From positions 7,704 to 71,703 of the IMG/VR virus record IMGVR_UViG_3300027977_000029: 64,000 nucleotides of DNA. One strand, 5' to 3'. Below, in pieces: positions 57,035 through 64,000 of the stretch. The stretch comes from a virus. Below the pieces are notes generated by a model. That model was not told the origin of the DNA. It made no database searches and saw only the letters and a list, made by a program, of their open reading frames with translations. A program made the translations under genes and the position numbers. How positions within the stretch are numbered: position 1 is the stretch's first letter; each line of letters begins with the position of its first letter.

Positions 57035-57294
57035 TGTATACTGCACGTACCTTGACTTTGACTGTAATTGCCCAGGATGATTGCATCTGGTGTGACAAAG
57101 TCAAGGATTTCCTCAGTAGTGTTGAGATCCCTTACAAGGAGTTGTACCTTGAGGATCAACCGATTCTCAAAGCGGTGATGAAGTATGCTAAGATGACAGT
57201 TCCTTGTGTCATTACAAACGAGACCTATAGGTTAATCGGCGGTTATAACGAAACAGTGGAGTGGTTTCATGGCGGCTTTGCTACTAAAGGTTGA
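57034..57294 (+). CDS. Glutaredoxin-like redoxin
   Basis: CIWC active site; TVP; IGGY. Confidence 0.85.
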   Translation: MYTARTLTLTVIAQDDCIWCDKVKDFLSSVEIPYKELYLEDQPILKAVMKYAKMTVPCVITNETYRLIGGYNETVEWFHGGFATKG

Positions 57295-57462
57295 AGATCA
57301 CCCTAAGTTGGGTTGGATTCCTTTCCAGCCTGCTACAACATGGCTCAAGAGTCTTCAAGATGGACGTTGGTCAGACTCCGAGAGGATGTGTAGACGACTA
57401 GCACATCCAGATTACCTTGAAGATCCCGAAGATTATTCGGACAAGACTATACGCTAAACTCA

Positions 57463-57522
57463 ACCCTCCCGGTGGTCCTTTTTGGATCATTGGGAGGGCT
57501 TTCCCTTTATTTTTTTCTTTTT
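57463..57522 (+). terminator. Strong intrinsic terminator ending the accessory region
   Basis: CCCTCCCGGTGGTCC/GGATCATTGGGAGGG stem followed by a long T tract. Confidence 0.75.
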
Positions 57523-57556
57523 GTTAGAATTGGTAAGGTAAAGTTTCTACACGATG

Positions 57557-57574
57557 ACCCCGTTATATTAACCC
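57557..57574 (+). promoter_or_regulatory. Class A motif upstream of the packaging genes
   Basis: ACCCCGTTATATTAACCC. Confidence 0.75.
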
Positions 57575-57640
57575 AGGGTCTCTCTCCGAGGATAATAATC
57601 AGAGTACTTAGTTTAAGTAGTTAGTTTATTAATAATTACT

Positions 57641-57726
57641 TAATAAATATATTACTAAAGATTAGATAGTTGTAAGTTATTATTAATAAACATATTACTT
57701 AAGGTTAGATAGTTGTAAGTTATCAT
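57641..57726 (+). repeat. 43-bp tandem direct repeat in an AT-rich tract
   Basis: 57641-57683 versus 57684-57726 differ at 4 positions; core TTAGATAGTTGTAAGTTAT. Confidence 0.8.
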
Positions 57727-57762
57727 TAATTACTTAAAGTAGCTGATCTGCTGGAAAATGGA

Positions 57763-57951
57763 ATGGAAACGATCGAAGGTGCGTCGCGGAAGTCCTTGCA
57801 GGATAACGCTTTCTTCAGGGGTAGGGAAGACAACATTAGAGGGCACCAAACGAATCCCTATAATATTACCTCGCCTGAATATAAACAGTGGGAGTACGGA
57901 TGGCTAAGCACAAACGCAGAAAAGCGACCACTACAACCACTACTCCTGTAA
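57763..57951 (+). CDS. Rmf/CrpP-like small protein
   Basis: AF.RG...G...NPY...W..GW pattern. Confidence 0.55.
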   Translation: METIEGASRKSLQDNAFFRGREDNIRGHQTNPYNITSPEYKQWEYGWLSTNAEKRPLQPLLL

Positions 57952-58172
57952 TGGCACTATCTAATAATTGGGCAGTCTTTGAGGCTACCTACCCGGACAC
58001 TTCAGAAGCTCATCTAATACCTATCGAAGACATGTATCCTCATGTAATAGATCTTGAGGGCACGTGTTCCTGTAGACCTGTTATAGATCCTGAATGTGAA
58101 TCCATGTACTGGTTACATAATGCCTGGGATCTGAGAGACCTCTACGAAGCCAATCAATTAAAGCTGAATTAA
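57951..58172 (+). CDS. Putative metal-binding protein
   Basis: HLIP..D...H...CSC.P...HN..D. Confidence 0.55.
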   Translation: MALSNNWAVFEATYPDTSEAHLIPIEDMYPHVIDLEGTCSCRPVIDPECESMYWLHNAWDLRDLYEANQLKLN

Positions 58173-58595
58173 ATGACAGAACAACCTCCTAATCGCCCTC
58201 TTACACGTTCTGACAGACGTCCTGAAGAACGTAGAATTAAGAGTGCAGAGAAATTAGCTGAACTCAGCTTTGATCCGATTGAGAATTTAGTTGATCAGTA
58301 TCATGCTATTAAAGCTGAGATTACCTACCAAGAAAAGCGTAGAGATGGTATAATTGTAGAGATACTCGGTAATGGAAAGCCTAGGGCTTACAATGCTGAA
58401 CTCCATTTAAACCTCTACGACAAACTAACTAATATTTCTACTCAACTGTTGCGCTACGGATACGGAAGAGTTCCTGAAGCTGATACACCTCAACAAGCTG
58501 AGACACCTATGCTTGTAATCAACTTAGGCGATTCCGGCACTAAGGTGTTTGGCATGCAACCTACACTTGTACCCTTAGATGGTGGTGATGACTAA
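58173..58595 (+). CDS. Terminase small subunit (probable)
   Basis: Directly upstream of and coupled to the large subunit; LLRYGY helix motif. Confidence 0.6.
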   Translation: MTEQPPNRPLTRSDRRPEERRIKSAEKLAELSFDPIENLVDQYHAIKAEITYQEKRRDGIIVEILGNGKPRAYNAELHLNLYDKLTNISTQLLRYGYGRVPEADTPQQAETPMLVINLGDSGTKVFGMQPTLVPLDGGDD

Positions 58596-59941
58596 TGTCT
58601 ATAACCCTCCATCCAGGCCAGGTAGAAGCCTACAAAGACCTGTTCATTGATAAGGTCAACCAGTATGGTGTAGTCTGTTGCTCTCGCGGTTGGGGTAAGT
58701 CCTTTGTAGCCTCTGTTGCAGCAACTACAGCAGCCTATGAGCTTATGGAACTGCCTGCTACAGTCCCTAATAAGCTTGTCTATATCATTGCTCCTACCTA
58801 TGAGCAGGTTACTGATATTTATTTCCCATTACTCAATTATGACCTTGGTCTTGAGAATGTCTGTATTAAGACCTCAAAAGACCAGGGTCGATTTTTATTT
58901 CCCAATCGTGTAGAACTCAGGCTTCTGTCTTATGAAGCTATTGAGCGAATGCGTGGTAAAGGTCCTTACTTTGTTGTATGGGATGAAGTCTCATCTTGCA
59001 CTAAAGGTATTGACCCTCAAGAAGCTTGGGAATCTATCATTCAGCCTGCTATCTCAACACGCTGGTCTCCTAAAAACGCTGAGCGGGTGGGTGCAAAGAG
59101 TCCTGGCAGGGCTTTTATGCTAAGTACTCCTAAGGGTTATAACTTCTTCCATACTCTATATACGAGGCGGGAGACCAACTCTACTTGGAAGTCCTACCAT
59201 TACACCTATAGAGACTCACCCTTCCTAGACCCTGACGAGATTGAACGTATTAAGCAGGACATTGATCCTATTAAGTTCGCTTCAGAGTATGAAGCCTCGT
59301 TTGAAGAATCAGGCTATAGTGTCTTTTACTGCTTTAATAGAGATACTCATGTCTCTAATGAGATTCAAGATTTCTATAAGGAAGAGGGTGACACTCCTGG
59401 TGAACCTGTACACTTAGCTATCGACTTCAACGTTGGCTTGCAGTGTACTACAGCTTTCGCCCTTAGAGGTAGTGTTCTGGAGTGCATTGAAGAATTCAAA
59501 GGTCATCCTGACACAGAAACCCTTGCAATTGCGTTATCCACGCGGTTCAAGGGTCATAAAATACTTGCTTACCCAGATCCGTCGGGTAAAGCTAACAAGA
59601 CTTCAGCTCCTGTTGGTAGGACTGACTTTTCTATCCTTGAGAGTTATGGTATTACAGTCTTATCTAGATCTAAGGCTCCACCTATTGTGGACTCTGTTCA
59701 AGCTGTCAATCGTAAACTCAAGAACGCATCTAACCAGGTTGGAATGTTGTTTCATCCTAGGTGTAAAGGTGCTATCGCTTCTATGGAAAGAACTAAGTGG
59801 GTTGATCGTAACCCTGATACAGCCACTATTGATAAGTCCGAGGGTATCGAGCACTTCTCAGATGGTATCCGCTATATAACAGAGTACTTGTTCCCGATCA
59901 AGTCTCACAAAGCTGTAACCAAGCGTGGATTTGGATTCTAG
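58595..59941 (+). CDS. terL: Terminase large subunit
   Basis: LHPGQ; Walker A SRGWGKS; Walker B VVWDE; STPKG; nuclease motifs AIDFN, DPSG and HFSDGIRY. Confidence 0.95.
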   Translation: MSITLHPGQVEAYKDLFIDKVNQYGVVCCSRGWGKSFVASVAATTAAYELMELPATVPNKLVYIIAPTYEQVTDIYFPLLNYDLGLENVCIKTSKDQGRFLFPNRVELRLLSYEAIERMRGKGPYFVVWDEVSSCTKGIDPQEAWESIIQPAISTRWSPKNAERVGAKSPGRAFMLSTPKGYNFFHTLYTRRETNSTWKSYHYTYRDSPFLDPDEIERIKQDIDPIKFASEYEASFEESGYSVFYCFNRDTHVSNEIQDFYKEEGDTPGEPVHLAIDFNVGLQCTTAFALRGSVLECIEEFKGHPDTETLAIALSTRFKGHKILAYPDPSGKANKTSAPVGRTDFSILESYGITVLSRSKAPPIVDSVQAVNRKLKNASNQVGMLFHPRCKGAIASMERTKWVDRNPDTATIDKSEGIEHFSDGIRYITEYLFPIKSHKAVTKRGFGF

Positions 59942-59955
59942 TAAGGTAAAGTTGT

Positions 59956-60390
59956 ATGGAATCTTCATTCCAGATACTGTTTAATGCTGCTTTCAGTATC
60001 GTAAGTATAGGGCTTGGCTGGTTCTTAAAAAGCATCGGCGATGAGCTAAAGCAGCTGAGGCTACAAGATGATACTATCAGACTTCATCTTGAGGCTAAAC
60101 TAGACGAGAACGCAACTAAAGCCGACGATGTTGCTCGGGAGCTTTTAGATAAAGTCAACCGAGTGGAGCTTCTTGTGGCAGGTCAGTATGTACGTAAAGA
60201 TGACTATCAAGTAAATACCAACCGTATTATTGAAAAGCTGGAAGTAATTCAGGCTAACCAGACAGATATCCTTCAGAGTGTTAGCAGTAACTTTGTATTG
60301 CGTAAAGACTTTGAACGATTTGAAACTGCTATTGTTGCAAGACTCGATGCAGTAGTAACTCCGAAAGGGGCTAGAAGTGGCACGCGCTAA
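59956..60390 (+). CDS. N-terminal TM plus coiled-coil protein
   Basis: Hydrophobic N-terminus; YVRKDDY/FVLRKDF repeat. Confidence 0.55.
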   Translation: MESSFQILFNAAFSIVSIGLGWFLKSIGDELKQLRLQDDTIRLHLEAKLDENATKADDVARELLDKVNRVELLVAGQYVRKDDYQVNTNRIIEKLEVIQANQTDILQSVSSNFVLRKDFERFETAIVARLDAVVTPKGARSGTR

Positions 60391-60970
60391 ATTAACAGAT
60401 AGCCCAGATGATCTTGTTAGTGATTCCGGAGCAGTTCTAATCTCTATGATAATTGGGGAACAATTAGAGTTTCCTATCACACTCAACTTCGTAAGTGACG
60501 TCACTGTTGCTGGCTTTGAGTTTGAGGCTGCCCTCATAGAAGCTGCGAATGTTGTCAACCAGACAGCTAGACCTACAGCTGTTGATGGGTCTAGTCCGGT
60601 AAAGACAAGCCTGACTGTTCGTCTTCCTGACCTACAGGGTGCCTGGTCAGCGCCTACTGCTTATAACTATAACGAAGTAGTGCTGTACAATGGTGTCTAC
60701 TACAGTTTAACCACAGGTGCTGGCTACATTTCAGCCACCACTCCTAATTTAGACCCTCGCTGGGCAGTCACTTCGCTTAGCACAATTGTTGTAGAGCTTC
60801 CTAGTACTCTAGGCTCAACCTACAGTGTGCTTCCTGACGTAAGTTTTAACACTTACGGCTTCTTAGAAGTTAGAGTGACTGAACCAGCTAACTCTGTGTT
60901 CAGACGTACTTGGAAACCGGTACGTGGGATGATTGAATTCTTGTTTAGCCCTACAGCTGAAGTGCCATAA
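60377..60970 (+). CDS. Virion structural protein with a carbohydrate-binding-like insert
   Basis: GAWSAPTAY....VVLYNG..Y...TPNLDPRW. Confidence 0.55.
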   Translation: MARAKLTDSPDDLVSDSGAVLISMIIGEQLEFPITLNFVSDVTVAGFEFEAALIEAANVVNQTARPTAVDGSSPVKTSLTVRLPDLQGAWSAPTAYNYNEVVLYNGVYYSLTTGAGYISATTPNLDPRWAVTSLSTIVVELPSTLGSTYSVLPDVSFNTYGFLEVRVTEPANSVFRRTWKPVRGMIEFLFSPTAEVP

Positions 60971-60972
60971 CA

Positions 60973-61299
60973 ATGAGTACCACAAACATTCAGATCACGT
61001 CTCCTGGTATTAGTGCTGACGCTTCAAACCCTTCTAAGGTCAGTACTGAAGTTGAAGCCACCCTGGTTACCATTGATGTTCTGCAGGGTGGTGTTCAACT
61101 GAACACGCGCGGTGGTCTCGTCAAGAAGATCTCGGATGTTGTTACAATATTAGAAGTCAGCGATTCATACCTAGATAGTATGTTTGACTTAACTGATGAT
61201 AGCCTAGGTTTCCTTGAGAGTCTTTCAGCTTCTATTCAAAGCTACTTTGCAGAGGACTACGTAGAGCCTACTTACGCGGGCGAAATCCGTACACTATAG
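60973..61299 (+). CDS. Putative structural protein
   Basis: C-terminal YFAEDYV...Y motif. Confidence 0.5.
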   Translation: MSTTNIQITSPGISADASNPSKVSTEVEATLVTIDVLQGGVQLNTRGGLVKKISDVVTILEVSDSYLDSMFDLTDDSLGFLESLSASIQSYFAEDYVEPTYAGEIRTL

Positions 61300-61306
61300 G
61301 TGAGAA

Positions 61307-61762
61307 ATGGAATTACAAACTTTTAAGGTAAGCGGTACTCTAGAGCTTGTACTCACCGATAAGAACGGCGTAGTTCAAACTCAGAGAAAGCATAACATAG
61401 TAACTAATGTTGGGTTGGCTTATATTGCTAGCCGAATTAAAGATGCCTCAGCCACTGCGATGACCCATATGGCCATTGGTAGTAACAATACTGCGGCCGC
61501 TGCAGGGAATACTGCGTTAGGTAATGAACTCGGTAGGGTCACCTTGGACTCTACTACGCTTGTTACTACAACACTGACAAATGACACTGTTCAATACGTC
61601 GCTGTATTTCCCGCAGGCACTAGTACTGGTACTATTACAGAGGCCGGGCTTTTTAATGCGAGTAGCGCAGGATCTCTCTTATGTAGATCTGTATTTGCTG
61701 CTATAGCTAAATCTGCCGAAATTAGCCTCACAATCACTTGGAAACTTCAGGTAACGAGGTAG
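61307..61762 (+). CDS. Fibre-associated structural protein (collar/baseplate-like)
   Basis: HNIVTNVG...MAIG...TALGNELGR...ITEAGLFNA...ITW. Confidence 0.65.
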   Translation: MELQTFKVSGTLELVLTDKNGVVQTQRKHNIVTNVGLAYIASRIKDASATAMTHMAIGSNNTAAAAGNTALGNELGRVTLDSTTLVTTTLTNDTVQYVAVFPAGTSTGTITEAGLFNASSAGSLLCRSVFAAIAKSAEISLTITWKLQVTR

Positions 61763-61764
61763 CT

Positions 61765-64000
61765 ATGGTAGCTCTCACACTTAGGTCTGTTAAAGGATCT
61801 CCTCTAACAAACACAGAAATCGATACTAACTTTTCAAATCTTAACACTGTAGCTGAAGCTGCCCTGCCGAAGACTGGTGGGACTATGGCCGGAGTGCTTG
61901 CCTTCCTGGCTGGCACTGTATCTGCTCCAGGACTAGCTGTCGCCGGCGATCTGAACACCGGCATCGACGGCGTTTCCGCAGACGTGCTGGGCGTGATAGC
62001 AGGCGGAACTATTGTTCAAACCTGGGGCGTTGGTACTTCCACTCTCACAGGTGCAGTAGCTATCTCACGAAGTGCAACTAATTCAACAGGTGGACTTACT
62101 CTAGTAAATCAAAACACTTCCGGCTGGGGTACCTCTCTTAGTTTCCAAGGAACTCTGAGCGGGACAATAGACACTGCCCGCATTCTCAGTCAGCATCCCA
62201 CAGCCGGGCAGGGGGAGCTTCAGTTCCAGACCGCACTTAGCAGTGCGCTTGGGACGCGAATGACCATAGCGCCGACCGGTGCAACGACGATCACAGTCGC
62301 CGATGCTACCTCAGGCGTACCGCTGACACTAAGCACTCCAAGCAGTTCCGCTTACAGTCTGCGGCTTTTAAACCGGACATACAGCACGTCGCTCCCGGTC
62401 TTCTCTTACTTTCCACAAAATGACGGTGTGTTCCTTCAAGGTACAGACCAAGCTACTGCTTTTAGGATTTACACAAACGGATTTGCTAACCCTCGTCTCA
62501 GTATTACTGCCACTGGAGACGTCGGCATAGGTACTACAAGCCCTAGTACGTTGTTCCATGTAAATGGTGTTACCACTTTAGGTGGTAATCTACTCACTAG
62601 CGCTGATGCTACTCATGATTTAGGCACTTCCGGCTCAGGTCGCTTTAGAGATGCTTATTTTTCAAGGAATCTTGTAGCTGGCGCAGGTGTTAGCGGCGGA
62701 AGCTATTTACGGGTGAATGGTACAAATTCGGGTTATATTGCTTTAGGCACTGCTGATGACGTGCTACTCTATAGAGATGTCGCCAACGTTCTTGCTCTGC
62801 GCAATAGTACGAACGGTCAGACCTTCCGCGTTTATGGTACATATACGGATGCCTCCAATTGGGAGCGGATGAGTTACGGCAGTAACGGCGTCATCTCCAT
62901 GCAGGCGGCTGGCACAGGGTCGATGCGTGATCTTAACCTTCAGGGTGCGCAGGTTGTTCTCTCGACCGGATCCTCACCTGTTGGCCGTTGGTTGTTACTT
63001 GCCGCAGGTCACTTTGTCCCTCAAGCCGACAATACCTACGATCTTGGGTCCACCGGTAATCGCATCCGCTCCGGTTACTTCGGCACGTCAGTCGTTTTAG
63101 GCACTGGTGTCACAGCAGCCTCATTGTTACACTTAAGCGGTGCTACTGGCGCTACCCTGAATACAATCTATGAACCCAGTGGTTGGTCAGGTCTTAAGAG
63201 TCGTGTCGGGAATCAATACCGGGGTGATGGCTTAGTATCTTCTGTAAACGTACGTCTTACTTCTGCTACTGCCGGTACTCTCGATGACGCCACTCAACCA
63301 GGCTCAGGTTTAATACTTCTCTCTGATGGTTCTCTTTCACTGGTAAATGCTACAGCTGGAGCAGGTTCCAGAACCTTTGCTCAAATCTTCGGAGTTTCAT
63401 CAGCTGGTGTAGTGACCCTGTACAACAACGTGCTGCGTAGCGCCGACAACACCTATGACTTCGGCGCCAGCGCGTCGGGCCGTGCCCGCAACGTCTACGT
63501 CGGGACCAAGATCGCGATCTCAAACGCGTCGCTCGGGTCTCAGGCCCTAGACGTCTGGGCCGGCGCGGCGGGGGCCATCGCGGCATTCCAGAGTAACTCT
63601 GTTGCAGCTAATGGACAGCTCGTCACTATCCAGTCGGGCAACGCCGTTACCGGCAGCGTGATAGCCCTGTATATGCAGGGCGCCGCAACTGGGAACTATA
63701 TCTCTCAGCTTCAAAACAGCGACGCCAACGGGGGCGCTAAGTTCTATTCGTTCGTCACTGGCGCCGGCGACCCCTTCATGTCGTTCGAGGTTAACGGGGG
63801 CACGACGTGGTCCCACGGCCTCGATAACAGCGATTCCGACTCCTACAAGATCAGCCAAGCGTCGAGCCTCGGCACGAACGACCGGCTGACGATCCTGACG
63901 ACCGGCAACGTCGGCCTCGGCAACCCTACCGCCATCACATACCGGCTAGATGTAAAGGGCGGCTACCAGACCATCGTAAGTCGCTTCCTTCGGAACGCTA
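61765..64000 (+). CDS. Long fibre protein, 3' truncated (absent from the ORF track because it has no stop)
   Basis: Open frame from ATG 61765: LTNTEIDTNF, LPKTGGTM.G, GDVGIGTTSP and three AD.T.D.G...R repeats. Confidence 0.85.
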   Translation, partial: MVALTLRSVKGSPLTNTEIDTNFSNLNTVAEAALPKTGGTMAGVLAFLAGTVSAPGLAVAGDLNTGIDGVSADVLGVIAGGTIVQTWGVGTSTLTGAVAISRSATNSTGGLTLVNQNTSGWGTSLSFQGTLSGTIDTARILSQHPTAGQGELQFQTALSSALGTRMTIAPTGATTITVADATSGVPLTLSTPSSSAYSLRLLNRTYSTSLPVFSYFPQNDGVFLQGTDQATAFRIYTNGFANPRLSITATGDVGIGTTSPSTLFHVNGVTTLGGNLLTSADATHDLGTSGSGRFRDAYFSRNLVAGAGVSGGSYLRVNGTNSGYIALGTADDVLLYRDVANVLALRNSTNGQTFRVYGTYTDASNWERMSYGSNGVISMQAAGTGSMRDLNLQGAQVVLSTGSSPVGRWLLLAAGHFVPQADNTYDLGSTGNRIRSGYFGTSVVLGTGVTAASLLHLSGATGATLNTIYEPSGWSGLKSRVGNQYRGDGLVSSVNVRLTSATAGTLDDATQPGSGLILLSDGSLSLVNATAGAGSRTFAQIFGVSSAGVVTLYNNVLRSADNTYDFGASASGRARNVYVGTKIAISNASLGSQALDVWAGAAGAIAAFQSNSVAANGQLVTIQSGNAVTGSVIALYMQGAATGNYISQLQNSDANGGAKFYSFVTGAGDPFMSFEVNGGTTWSHGLDNSDSDSYKISQASSLGTNDRLTILTTGNVGLGNPTAITYRLDVKGGYQTIVSRFLRNA

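Overview
This window is a roughly 64 kb slice of a tailed dsDNA phage genome, with all credible genes on the + strand. It is circularly permuted or cut inside the head module. The tail is siphovirus-type: tail tube, G/GT chaperone frameshift, 3275-aa tape measure and a 2635-aa tip protein, with no sheath. The replication and transcription genes are T7-like: single-subunit RNAP, gp2.5-like SSB, PolA, 5'-3' exonuclease and primase-helicase, plus a class II RNR and an ATP-dependent ligase. Gene order is head, tail, lysis, early accessory genes, RNAP and replication, tRNA and accessory region, terminase, then a fibre module that runs off the right edge. No integrase is seen in the window. Top finding: the truncated ORF at 1-317, directly upstream of the scaffold gene, begins with IHDAFFTNAAD...ALR, which aligns with motif C of T7-type RNAPs. 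That makes it a probable second single-subunit RNAP sitting in the head module, and a candidate virion RNAP. Two separate conserved promoter-like motif classes fit a two-polymerase cascade. Other findings include six covarying H-type pseudoknot elements at the 3' ends of early genes, a PolA with paired substitutions at the steric-gate Glu and O-helix Tyr, five tRNAs that all read A-ending codons, several paralog arrays, and two GC-rich islands sharing inverted motifs. All functional calls come from reading motifs by eye; no database searches were run.
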